A stretch of DNA of 32,000 nucleotides from Candidatus Kuenenia stuttgartensis. Its GTDB lineage: Bacteria > Planctomycetota > Brocadiia > Brocadiales > Brocadiaceae. Below are positions 7,021 to 15,926 of the stretch, one piece after another. The stretch covers positions 690,001 through 722,000 of the forward strand of contig NZ_LT934425.1 of assembly GCF_900232105.1 (NCBI RefSeq), written 5' to 3'. Within the stretch, counting starts at the first letter, position 1. The number at the start of each line of letters is the position of its first letter. A model generated the notes under the pieces. That model had not been told where the DNA came from. It worked only from the letters and a program-made list of their open reading frames with translations, and did not search any database. Made by a program: the position numbers and the translations under genes.

Positions 7021-7614
7021 GTGAACAAATCGACCGTAATTATTGCCTTTATCATTTGTCTTCTGTGTTTTGGCTGCAAAACAATTTCTAAAACAAATAT
7101 TATTGTCGATAGCAATGATGCTTCCCGCAGTATAAAAACCATTGCCGTTATGCATTTTAACGACCAATTACTGCCAAAAAAGGGAGTAACAGGCACATTG
7201 GTAAAAACGATCAGCACTGCAAATGCAGGTGAGATGCTTGCCTCTATAATGTCACGGGAACTTTCAGGGTTGGGCATATACGAGGTTCGCTCCCGTACAG
7301 ACATTGCCAAAATTATCAACAAATCGAAGGCCAATGAAAAAGAACTTGTAGAGCGCAGAGATTATGATCGTTTGGGAAAACTGCTGGGCGTGGACTCGGT
7401 GGTCATCGGAAAAATTTTAGAATTTAAACTATCAAGCTCCTTAATCTATGAGCGGGGTACGGTTTCTTTTGTGGCCGAGTGCATTGATACAAAGAATGGT
7501 AACATTCTTTGGACTATTGATGTAAATGAAAGCGCCGCTTACGAAGATGAGATTGAATTGGCCGGCAAAGCTATGCGAACAGCCATTGAAAAACTAAAAA
7601 AAGAGCTAAGGTAG
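7021..7614 (+). CDS. Putative lipoprotein
   Basis: GTG start 5 nt downstream of GAGGAGG (7011-7017). Signal peptide with lipobox LLCFGC. The body weakly resembles CsgG/LpoB-type periplasmic alpha/beta lipoproteins (..LGVDSVVIGKI..). Confidence 0.6.
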   Translation: MNKSTVIIAFIICLLCFGCKTISKTNIIVDSNDASRSIKTIAVMHFNDQLLPKKGVTGTLVKTISTANAGEMLASIMSRELSGLGIYEVRSRTDIAKIINKSKANEKELVERRDYDRLGKLLGVDSVVIGKILEFKLSSSLIYERGTVSFVAECIDTKNGNILWTIDVNESAAYEDEIELAGKAMRTAIEKLKKELR

Positions 7615-7680
7615 AATATCATAAAAACCTCAACTTATTCAGAAGTTACATTGAAAACAACTAGAGTATTTGTTTCCTTT

Positions 7681-7708
7681 TTGACTTTCGTTTGTGAAGC
7701 TATATAAT
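7681..7708 (+). promoter_or_regulatory. Sigma70-type promoter for the RNase HII-like gene
   Basis: TTGACT (7681-7686), a 16-nt spacer, then TATAAT (7703-7708). SD GAGGG is at 7721-7725 and the ATG at 7734. Confidence 0.5.
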
Positions 7709-7733
7709 ACTGCAAAAATTGAGGGTTTTTTAA

Positions 7734-8693
7734 ATGACAATAATTGCCGGTATTGATGAAGCGGGATACGGACCAGTGCTTGGCCCCTTGGTAATCAGTG
7801 TTGTGGCACTTGACGTACCTGACGACAAAGCTAATTGTTCATTATGGGATTTGTTAAAAGATGCTATTTCTGATGGACTTCATGGCAGAAAACAACGGCT
7901 GGCGGTATGTGACAGCAAAAAACTGTACAGCACACGAAACGGCGTTAAACCGTTGGAAGATGCGGTTCTGTCATTTTTGGGAGTAAAGGGTGTTAAAATT
8001 GCCTCTTTTTATCAGTTATTGAATTCCTTATCATGTTTCGACAGGGAAGTAATAGATGGTTATCCCTGGTACACTCAAAAAGATTATGCATTGCCTTTCG
8101 CCACAAGCGAGGCTGTTTTTGTAAATTATATTGATTTGCTGCAGCACAGCCTTGCAAAACACGGTATCAGATTTTCTCATGCGGCAAGCTGTGTTGTTGC
8201 CGTTCGCGAGTTCAATGAACAAGTGCGGTCATGCGGGAACAAATCTACTGTTTTATTCAATAATAGTATCAAACATGTGGCAAAGTTGCTGAAAGAAAGC
8301 AATGGCAATGTAGAATTGCTCATCGATAAACAGGGCGGACGAAATACGTATTCACATTTACTGCAAAAATATTTTCCGGGAAAAGAGATAAAGATTTTGG
8401 GAGAAAGCAGTGAAGTTTCTTCATATGTAATAAGCGGGAAAAAACGGAGTATAAAAATATCTTTTGCGGAAAAAGGGGAAACCGTAAGCCTTGCGGCTGC
8501 CCTTGCTTCGATATTCAGCAAATACATCAGGGAATTGTTTATGGTTTTAGAAAATCGGTATTGGCTTCAATTGCTGCCGGGCCTGAAGCCAACGGCAGGA
8601 TATTATACGGACGCACAAAGGTATTTATCGCAAATAGAACAGGTGAGACGGGAAAAAGGTATTTGCGATGACATTCTTATAAGAATAAAATAG
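7734..8693 (+). CDS. Divergent RNase HII-like protein
   Basis: 319 aa. RNase HII motifs appear in the correct order: IAGIDEAGYGPVLGPLV, CDSKKL, LLIDKQGG, KGE..AAALASIFSKYIRE, AGYYTD. The segment between motifs 2 and 3 is much longer than in canonical RNase HII. Confidence 0.55.
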   Translation: MTIIAGIDEAGYGPVLGPLVISVVALDVPDDKANCSLWDLLKDAISDGLHGRKQRLAVCDSKKLYSTRNGVKPLEDAVLSFLGVKGVKIASFYQLLNSLSCFDREVIDGYPWYTQKDYALPFATSEAVFVNYIDLLQHSLAKHGIRFSHAASCVVAVREFNEQVRSCGNKSTVLFNNSIKHVAKLLKESNGNVELLIDKQGGRNTYSHLLQKYFPGKEIKILGESSEVSSYVISGKKRSIKISFAEKGETVSLAAALASIFSKYIRELFMVLENRYWLQLLPGLKPTAGYYTDAQRYLSQIEQVRREKGICDDILIRIK

Positions 8694-8765
8694 GGCGCGT
8701 GTTTTACATTTTATCAAACGGGAAATGGCCGTTTGCAGGAACCGGGAAAGGAGTTAGAAGCAAAA

Positions 8766-9773
8766 ATGTCTGTTAACATTGCAATAGTCGGGGCTACAGG
8801 CGCAGTTGGCAAGGAATTTTTAAGCATTCTGGAAAGCAGGAAATTTCCGTTGAATGAACTGAGATTGTTGGCGTCAGGGCGCTCGGCGGGAAAAAAAATA
8901 CTGTTTTGCGGAAAAGATTACATCGTGCAGGAATTAACAAAAAATTCATTTAAAGGCATTAAGATTGCCCTTTTCAGCGCCGGCGCGGATATCAGCAAGG
9001 AATATGCGCCTTATGCCATTGAAAGCGGCGCTGTCTGTGTGGATAATTCCAGCGCGTTTCGAATGGATGATGACGTCCCTCTGGTAGTGCCGGAAGTAAA
9101 CCCATACGATATTCCGAAACATCATGGTATAATTGCGAATCCCAATTGTTCAACAATTCAAATGGTGGTTGCGTTAAAACCTATCCATGACGCCGTAAAA
9201 ATCAAAAGAGTGGTGGTCTCTACCTATCAGGCGGTATCAGGCGCGGGCCTGAAGGCGATTGATGAGCTTAAAAAGGAGGCAATGAGTATTTTAGAAGGCA
9301 AAGAGGGTTTTCAGCGAAAATTATTTCCTCATCAAATAGCATTTAACGTGCTTCCTCAAATTCCCCAGAGCAAAGCATTTTTACCCAATGGCTATACTTC
9401 GGAAGAAATGAAGATGGTGAATGAGACCCAGAAGATCATGGGAGACCATTCGATTCGGGTAACTGCGACAACGGTGCGGGTGCCGGTTATTCGCGGCCAT
9501 AGCGAGTCGGTAAATATAGAAACGGTGAAAAAAATAACGGCAGCGGAGGTGAAAAGACTCCTTTCCACGGCGCCTGGGGTTAAGGTAATCGACGACCCTG
9601 CCAATCAGCTCTATCCATTAGCCTCAGAAACGGCAGGAAGGGATGAAGTCTTTGTGGGGCGTATTCGCGAAGACATATCCATTGACAATGGCATCGATAT
9701 GTGGATTGTAAGTGATAATATTCGCAAGGGCGCCGCCCTCAACGCAATTCAGATTGCAGAGAAGTTGTTGTAA
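8766..9773 (+). CDS. asd: Aspartate-semialdehyde dehydrogenase
   Basis: MSVNIAIVGATGAVG Rossmann N-terminus, active-site NPNCSTI, and full-length similarity pattern. ATG8766 is preferred over TTG8733 because of the SD AAAGGAG at 8748-8754. Confidence 0.9.
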   Translation: MSVNIAIVGATGAVGKEFLSILESRKFPLNELRLLASGRSAGKKILFCGKDYIVQELTKNSFKGIKIALFSAGADISKEYAPYAIESGAVCVDNSSAFRMDDDVPLVVPEVNPYDIPKHHGIIANPNCSTIQMVVALKPIHDAVKIKRVVVSTYQAVSGAGLKAIDELKKEAMSILEGKEGFQRKLFPHQIAFNVLPQIPQSKAFLPNGYTSEEMKMVNETQKIMGDHSIRVTATTVRVPVIRGHSESVNIETVKKITAAEVKRLLSTAPGVKVIDDPANQLYPLASETAGRDEVFVGRIREDISIDNGIDMWIVSDNIRKGAALNAIQIAEKLL

Positions 9774-9861
9774 TGATTTTAATCTTTTGAGAAAACAGGC
9801 AAATGTCCGGAATCCCATAAGCGCCAGGTTGTTTTTGATATTTTTTACACGGAGGCCAATA

Positions 9862-9917
9862 TCGGCAGTCGGCAATCTACAGTCAGCAATCGGCAAATTG
9901 TAGACTGTAGACTGTGG
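9862..9917. repeat. Heptanucleotide tandem repeat block (8 units) with internal dyad symmetry
   Basis: TCGGCAG TCGGCAA TCTACAG TCAGCAA TCGGCAA ATTGTAG ACTGTAG ACTGTGG. ATCTACAGTC (9875-9884) pairs with GACTGTAGAC (9903-9912) at 9 of 10 positions. The block lies between the convergent asd and GGDEF-EAL genes. Confidence 0.7.
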
Positions 9918-9919
9918 CG

Positions 9920-12900
9920 CTAATTAAATACTTCACTAACTGACCGTGGTTTACCGATGTAATTTCCCTGTGCGTAATTTACCCCTAATTTACGCAGCAA
10001 TTGCAGTGTATCCCCGGAGTCTGCAAATTCCGCAACAGTTCTTTTTTTTAAACCATGCGCCAACTCAACTATTGCCTTTACCATGTGCTGATCTACCGGA
10101 TTGTTTGGCAAGTCATTAATAAAGCTGCCGTCAATCTTTAAATAATCAACCGTTAAATGCCTGAGATAATTGAAAGAAGAAAATCCACTGCCAAAATCAT
10201 CAAGAGAAAAGCGACAATCCATATGCTTAAGCGCTGCAAGAAAGTCCTGCGCTGCAATCATATTTTCCATCATAGCTGTTTCGGTCATCTCAAAAACAAT
10301 ACTTCCCGGCTTAGTGCCACTGGTATTAAACTGATGCTTTATGATCCCTAACAATTCGGTATCGGCAAATGCCTTGCCGGAAAGATTAATATCAAGGAAT
10401 ATACCTCTGTCAGAAAATTGCTGCTCCGCAGCAAGACGGATAGCGCTACAAACGACCCAGCGGTCGATATCACGGATAAGTCCAAAACGTTCTGCAATAC
10501 TAAGAAATTCTGCGGGGAATATCAATTCATCTTTCTCGCCAAGCATGCGTAGTAATGCCTCATATCCGATAATATTTTTATTTGACAGATCAATCACGGG
10601 TTGTAAATGTAATACAAAACGGTCATTGTCCAATGCATTCCTGATCCTCTTTTCCCAGTTTATTTGGGCTTCAATATGTGTTTTTTGTTCCTGGGAAAAC
10701 ACGCAAAACCGGTTACGCCCGCTCTCTTTTGCACGATACATTGCTAAATCAGCATTAACAAGCAATGTTTCAGCATCACGTCCATGTTCGGGGAATATCA
10801 CAATGCCAATGCTAAACGTCACTTTAGAATGCTCAAAGGTATGTTCTCTGGTCAATTCAAGAATTTCGTTTGCAATTAATCCGGCTTTCTCCCTGTCAGT
10901 ATAAGGCAATAGTATGGCGAATTCATCTCCGCCAAATCTGGCAAAAATATCGGTATCACGTAAACGGGAACGAAGCATTTCTGCCAGGCGAATAAGAAGT
11001 TCGTCTCCAGCCTGGTGTCCGAGGGTATCGTTTACGTATTTAAAATTATCAAGATCGAGAAACAGGAGCGCCCCGGTTGCCCCATACCGTAAGGTCTGGG
11101 CAATCCAATACTGCAATTCCTCCTGAAAACGCCTGCGATTAAAGAGATTTGTCAGGGGATCCCGGGTTGCCATGTTCAAAAGTTGGGTCTCGAATTTCTT
11201 ATGTTCTGTAATATCTTCTTTAATCGCAAGATAATTGGTCACATGACCCTTGTGATTTCTTATGGGGGAAATATGCACGTGTTCCCAGTACAATTCTCCC
11301 GTCTTCTTTTTATTCAACAGCTCGCCTTGCCATTCCTTACCCGAAATAATGGTATTCCATAAATTCCTGTATGTTTCATTTGATGTTTTCCCCGATTTTA
11401 ACATCCGCGGGGTTCGCCCAATAATTTCATCCCCGGTATATCCTGTTAGTTCGGCAAGCTTTGGGTTAACGTATTCAATAATCCCCTCCTTGTCGGTAAT
11501 AAGAATTGATGCCGGACTTTGTTCTACTACCTGTGACAATTTGCGAATCCTTTCGTCCGCTCTTTTCCGCTCAATCAAACGCCCGAGCTGTAGGGCAAGA
11601 TTATCCACTACTTCAAAGAATATTGCCTGTGGTTTTTCTTCTTTTCGTGAGAAAAACTCAAATATATACAGTATCTTATCACCTTCTTTTATGGGAAACG
11701 CAAATGCTCCCCGTACTCCAATAGCAGCACTTTTTACAATGGCGTGTTGCGCTCTGATACAATTACTATCTTTGGTAACATCCGGAATCCATTCCATTTT
11801 CCTGCTGCTAAAGACCTTCCCCGGCAAATCTTCTCCTGGTTTTAAAATAGTATTCTCACCTATCTTTCTCAACAGACTGAACTCTTTGGTGTTTTCAAAA
11901 TACCATAGCCTTGTAGATTCCAGCCTTATTGCACCATTTACCGTATATATTACCTTACAAATATGACCGACGGGCCATCCTAAATATCTGCACATTTTTT
12001 TAAGATATAATCTCATAGTACTGTCAACGGTCAACAAATCATGCGCAGTATCAAACACTTCGTTAATTAATTGCAGGATGGCCTGTTTTTTTCTTTTCTC
12101 ATCGTCTTTTTTTCTCCGTTCACTAATATCGCGAAAAATAGCAATGATATGTATTTGTCTCCCTATTTGTAGTGTTGAAAATGAAGCCTCCAGAGGGAAT
12201 TCACTCTTGTTTTTTTTAACGCCTGTAATCTCAATTGTTTCATTAATAATGCACCCCGCTTTAATATTGTTAAAAAAACGCATCTCTGGTTCTGTGTGTT
12301 CTGCGCCGCCGATAACGTTGAGGATATTTTTCCCTTTCATTTCTTCTTCCGAATATCCAAATATTTTTTCGGCAGCAGGATTCCAATGCGTAATATGCCC
12401 GTTCTCATTTAATACAACAATTCCATCATTTATCACGGACGCTAAATTTGCAAATTTTAGCTCATTTTCCTCTAGTCCGATGTTTTCACCCTCAGAATCT
12501 AACAACTGCCTTTCAAGTTTCCTGATTAAATATTCGTTATAATTCCGGCAAAATTCCGTTTCATCTTTTCCGGAAAATGCACTGATAGGGTGTGGAAGAT
12601 ATTTTTTATACCCGTTCAATGTGCTCATCACGGCATCAATAAAAATATCAGCAGGCATCGGTTTCACTAATAATCTATCCGCCCCTAAACTCATGGCATA
12701 TTCCCTGGCCCTTCTCCCGGTAAATGCCGTAGTGTAAAAGATAAAAGGGATATTTCTCAAATATTTATTTGTTTTACATTTCCGGCAGAATTGAAAACCA
12801 TCCATATGTGGCATAAGAATATCACAAATTATTAAATCAAACCTGTTATTTTGCAACGTCTCAAATGCCGTCAATCCATTTGTAGCAGAAGTGACTTCTC

Positions 12901-12973
12901 CGCCGTGCTTTTCCAGCATACGTTCCAGAAAGCGCAAGTCATCTTCTGAATAATTAGCGATAAGTATCTTCAT
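9920..12973 (-). CDS. Response-regulator receiver / PAS / GAF / PAS / GGDEF / EAL c-di-GMP turnover protein
   Basis: REC domain starts at MKILIANYSEDD..ICDILMPHMDG..LVKP. The two PAS segments each carry a DITE[HR]K-type end. The GGDEF motif is intact (RFGGDEFAILL). EAL motifs are present (YEALLR, DDFGSGFSS, LKIDGSFI). The start is moved to ATG12973 because the upstream extension runs through a repeat element. Confidence 0.9.
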   Translation of the reverse strand: MKILIANYSEDDLRFLERMLEKHGGEVTSATNGLTAFETLQNNRFDLIICDILMPHMDGFQFCRKCKTNKYLRNIPFIFYTTAFTGRRAREYAMSLGADRLLVKPMPADIFIDAVMSTLNGYKKYLPHPISAFSGKDETEFCRNYNEYLIRKLERQLLDSEGENIGLEENELKFANLASVINDGIVVLNENGHITHWNPAAEKIFGYSEEEMKGKNILNVIGGAEHTEPEMRFFNNIKAGCIINETIEITGVKKNKSEFPLEASFSTLQIGRQIHIIAIFRDISERRKKDDEKRKKQAILQLINEVFDTAHDLLTVDSTMRLYLKKMCRYLGWPVGHICKVIYTVNGAIRLESTRLWYFENTKEFSLLRKIGENTILKPGEDLPGKVFSSRKMEWIPDVTKDSNCIRAQHAIVKSAAIGVRGAFAFPIKEGDKILYIFEFFSRKEEKPQAIFFEVVDNLALQLGRLIERKRADERIRKLSQVVEQSPASILITDKEGIIEYVNPKLAELTGYTGDEIIGRTPRMLKSGKTSNETYRNLWNTIISGKEWQGELLNKKKTGELYWEHVHISPIRNHKGHVTNYLAIKEDITEHKKFETQLLNMATRDPLTNLFNRRRFQEELQYWIAQTLRYGATGALLFLDLDNFKYVNDTLGHQAGDELLIRLAEMLRSRLRDTDIFARFGGDEFAILLPYTDREKAGLIANEILELTREHTFEHSKVTFSIGIVIFPEHGRDAETLLVNADLAMYRAKESGRNRFCVFSQEQKTHIEAQINWEKRIRNALDNDRFVLHLQPVIDLSNKNIIGYEALLRMLGEKDELIFPAEFLSIAERFGLIRDIDRWVVCSAIRLAAEQQFSDRGIFLDINLSGKAFADTELLGIIKHQFNTSGTKPGSIVFEMTETAMMENMIAAQDFLAALKHMDCRFSLDDFGSGFSSFNYLRHLTVDYLKIDGSFINDLPNNPVDQHMVKAIVELAHGLKKRTVAEFADSGDTLQLLRKLGVNYAQGNYIGKPRSVSEVFN

Positions 12974-13083
12974 GGTAGTATCGGTTTTTAAATAATGTGC
13001 CTTTGCAGCTTCAGGTTTACAACGCAAACCCATACAGTTTATACGGGTAATTGCGCCATATATCTCCTCTTTATCAAAAGTAA

Positions 13084-13200
13084 GGGCGAAACATTTGCTG
13101 CAAATTGGCATAAATGCGTTCATGCCCAAACTGGCAAATGCTTCGCCCCTACACTATGCGGCAGACACCGGTATTATTGGAATTTCTCTAAAAACTAAAT
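13084..13200 (-). repeat. Structured intergenic repeat, copy A (family shared with 22430-22553 and 30368-30432)
   Basis: On the minus strand it has a conserved 5' module, TTTAGTTTTTAGAGAAATTCCAATAATACCGGTGTCTGCCGCATAGTGTAG. This is followed by the 15-bp arm GGGCGAAGCATTTGC, a 35-nt loop, and the arm GCAAATGTTTCGCCC. About 90% identical to copy B outside the loop. Confidence 0.8.
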
Positions 13201-13225
13201 TGTTATCAAAAAATTATCCCCGTTT

Positions 13226-13456
13226 TTAAAAAAGCGTCTTGTTCCCGATGTGGCACTTTTTCTTTCTTAGCCGGCGCACAATGACAAGTACCATCCCCAC
13301 AATGAGAAAATACAAACATTTTGCAATATCCGATTGAACAAATCCCCCTCCGCCATTTTCATATCCGGCATATACAACACCTCCACATGCAAATAAAACC
13401 AAAATTACTATCACCACAGTAGATTTTAATTGTATAAGAAGCTTTTTCTTTTCCAT
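13226..13456 (-). CDS. Hypothetical small membrane protein
   Basis: 76 aa with two hydrophobic helices, a Gly-rich linker and an RRLRKKK tail. GGAAAGGA lies upstream. Confidence 0.45.
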   Translation of the reverse strand: MEKKKLLIQLKSTVVIVILVLFACGGVVYAGYENGGGGFVQSDIAKCLYFLIVGMVLVIVRRLRKKKCHIGNKTLF

Positions 13457-13565
13457 AATTATCTAGTCCTTTCCCTGGCATAAAAACCTATAATTAATCT
13501 TGTGAACAATTCCATACATCAGCCTTCTTCATATACTTACGGACGAGAAGATATGTGCCTTCATT

Positions 13566-13817
13566 TTATTCTTGAATCCATTTCACCATTGTCAGGACAG
13601 GCTTGCTTTCTTCATGTGAGTCCACAACCGGAATACGAACAACAATAGCAAAACCCTGTTGTGGTGCTTTCGCCCTAGTCCTGATTTTCATTCCCTTACG
13701 GCTCACATCTATAATTTCAGTCTCATGAAGCAATGTCCTTGAATAATCACGGACTTTTACCAGCCATGACAAATAACTACGCTTACTTTTCCGCTTTTCT
13801 AATGTTTTGCACTTCAT
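13566..13817 (-). CDS. PilZ-domain protein (putative c-di-GMP receptor)
   Basis: 83 aa with an RxxxR motif (RKSKR) and D.S..G (DVSRKG) at PilZ-like spacing. It is co-oriented with the GGDEF-EAL gene. Confidence 0.6.
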   Translation of the reverse strand: MKCKTLEKRKSKRSYLSWLVKVRDYSRTLLHETEIIDVSRKGMKIRTRAKAPQQGFAIVVRIPVVDSHEESKPVLTMVKWIQE

Positions 13818-13846
13818 ACGGTTAATTTATACAATTTTGAAGTTAT

Positions 13847-13977
13847 GTAAATACCCTAAAAAGAGTACATCCCTACGGATACGCCCATAAGTATGTGTAA
13901 GGCAGAAGGCGGAAAAAAATTGCCATAAACAACCTACATTTTATAGACTTATTTCAACAAGTAAATACCCTAAAAAG
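13847..13977. repeat. Two perfect 17-bp direct repeats, GTAAATACCCTAAAAAG
   Basis: Copies are at 13847-13863 and 13961-13977, in the divergent intergenic region upstream of the PilZ gene. Confidence 0.75.
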
Positions 13978-14286
13978 GATATACCCTTTTGGGTCTATAG
14001 ATAGCATTTGAAGTAATGGTGTAAATGCTATTTAATTCACTCCCTTACCCTTTAGTAGTTGTTTAAATGAGAAATAGATTGTATTATTTATCTGTTCTGA
14101 AATGATAAAACATTGCTTAAACACAGAGTCACAACTGGGAATGAAAATGACGTTTCGACCACTGGTGAGATTACAGATTTAATGTAGAGACACATGCAAC
14201 CGGAACCAAACAAGCAAAAAATAGAAAATACGAAATTCCAAAGTACGAAATGCGAGAACGGAAATTTATTTTAGGACGAAAAACAA

Positions 14287-15144
14287 ATGACCGGAAAAAA
14301 TAACCAATTGTTAGAACCATCAAAATATCCTCACCCTCATACCCGTACAAAATCATGGCATCGGATGGTTGCAAATTTCTGCATTTTTTTTCTGGTAATA
14401 TCCTTAGTCATGCTTTATTTCAGCTATACCGGCAAGCCGCAAGCCGGCCTTTTAGAAATAGGTATTTCCGCTTTTCTTTTTTGCATATTGTTCCATCTCG
14501 TCATGAAGTTCTTCCCGCTAATATCTAAGATTATTACCTCACTGCTAATAATTGGATTTGCCGTCTCGCTAGTCTGTATAAACTATCATTTTTTAAAGGT
14601 GGAAAAAAAGGATGCGTCCATTGAGGAACTATTGGTGGGTGATTTATTTGTAAATAAAATCATGAAAACATTCAGGAAAGAACCTGTCTCGCCCGCGTTA
14701 AAAGGCGGAGTACCAGAACAAATTTTTGCACAAACGGATAGCGTCCCATTAGCAATACCATCCCTTGATCAACTAAAAATGACATTATCCAATCCGATAT
14801 CCTCGAAGTTTACATCAAAATACAGCGTTGCTCTTTCGCCCGCTATGAAAGAAGGAACACTATTTTTAAAGGCATCATATAAGGGAGATATTGACAGCAA
14901 ATACATTCTGCCAGGCATTTCCGGCATTCTTGCCGCTACAACAGAAAGCGGCCCCCCTATGTATGAACCTATTGACAAAGGTGATTTCGTCTCTTTCTCT
15001 CTTTCTGCATGTAATAAGGAAAAACTCCTTACTGCATCAGATATGCGTATCATTCAACTGCCAATATCTATAGGCGTCGGCGCAGCAACTCATGAAATAA
15101 AACTATGCAACCCTATAAGAGAAAACCGTGTGCCAATCGATTAA
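14287..15144 (+). CDS. Hypothetical membrane protein (N-terminal TM helices, C-terminal soluble domain)
   Basis: 285-aa ORF with a weak SD. An alternative start at ATG14365 is possible. No family recognised. Confidence 0.45.
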   Translation: MTGKNNQLLEPSKYPHPHTRTKSWHRMVANFCIFFLVISLVMLYFSYTGKPQAGLLEIGISAFLFCILFHLVMKFFPLISKIITSLLIIGFAVSLVCINYHFLKVEKKDASIEELLVGDLFVNKIMKTFRKEPVSPALKGGVPEQIFAQTDSVPLAIPSLDQLKMTLSNPISSKFTSKYSVALSPAMKEGTLFLKASYKGDIDSKYILPGISGILAATTESGPPMYEPIDKGDFVSFSLSACNKEKLLTASDMRIIQLPISIGVGAATHEIKLCNPIRENRVPID

Positions 15145-15170
15145 ATTATACATACAGAAAGGAACAAGCC

Positions 15171-15875
15171 ATGAAAACAACTATTATTACAATTATTATT
15201 GTTTTTGCTTTAACAACAATCAGTTATTGCCAGAACAAAGAACAGGAAGACCCTACAGATGCTTCCATCAATGCCTTTAAACAGGCAATTGCAGCAAATC
15301 CGGAATTTGTTGAGGCGCATTATAACCTTGGAGTGCTTTATGATGAAAAGGGCATGACCGAAGAAGCTATTGGTGCGTATATTAAAACAATCGAAACAGA
15401 TGCGAATTTTGTGAAGGCGTATAATAATCTTAGTGTAATTTATTACAAACTGAAGCAGACGGACAAGGCGATTGAAACCATAAAAAAGGCCATTGCCATA
15501 TCGCCAAAGTATTCAGAAGCGCTCTATAACCTTGGAATTTATTATTATGAGAAAACACAATACAATGAAGCGATAAAGGCTTTTAAAGATGCCGTAAAAC
15601 GAAACACAAGGTTTGACATGGGCTTTTATAATTTAGGAGTCGCTTACGCGGCTATTGATGCCACAGATGAATCTATTGCCGCATTTAAACGGGTGATAGA
15701 ACTGAATCCTAAATACCCTGACGCATACTATAATCTGGGTGTTGCTTATTCAAAGAAGAATCAGTTTGATGAGGCAATTCAACTGCTTAAAAAAGCTTTG
15801 GAAATCAACCCGAAAGACTCGAAGACGCATTTTGCCCTGGGAATCATTTATACGGTCAAAGATAAGGCAAAATAA
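15171..15875 (+). CDS. Secreted TPR-repeat protein
   Basis: Signal-like N-terminus MKTTIITIIIVFALTTISYC, then about six tandem 34-aa TPR units (A.YNLG..Y...G...EAI..Y.KAIE..P). ATG15171 is preceded by GAAAGGA. Confidence 0.8.
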   Translation: MKTTIITIIIVFALTTISYCQNKEQEDPTDASINAFKQAIAANPEFVEAHYNLGVLYDEKGMTEEAIGAYIKTIETDANFVKAYNNLSVIYYKLKQTDKAIETIKKAIAISPKYSEALYNLGIYYYEKTQYNEAIKAFKDAVKRNTRFDMGFYNLGVAYAAIDATDESIAAFKRVIELNPKYPDAYYNLGVAYSKKNQFDEAIQLLKKALEINPKDSKTHFALGIIYTVKDKAK

Positions 15876-15926
15876 TCTTTTGCGGCATGAATAGTAAGAA
15901 TACCGTACCACAATGGCGGGCCTACA

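Noticed and set aside
12974-13129. 52-codon N-terminal extension of the REC-PAS-GGDEF-EAL ORF (MGMNAFMPICSKCFALTF..)
   Set aside because: It is a translation of repeat copy A (hairpin arms and loop). The receiver domain begins at MKILIA (ATG12973).
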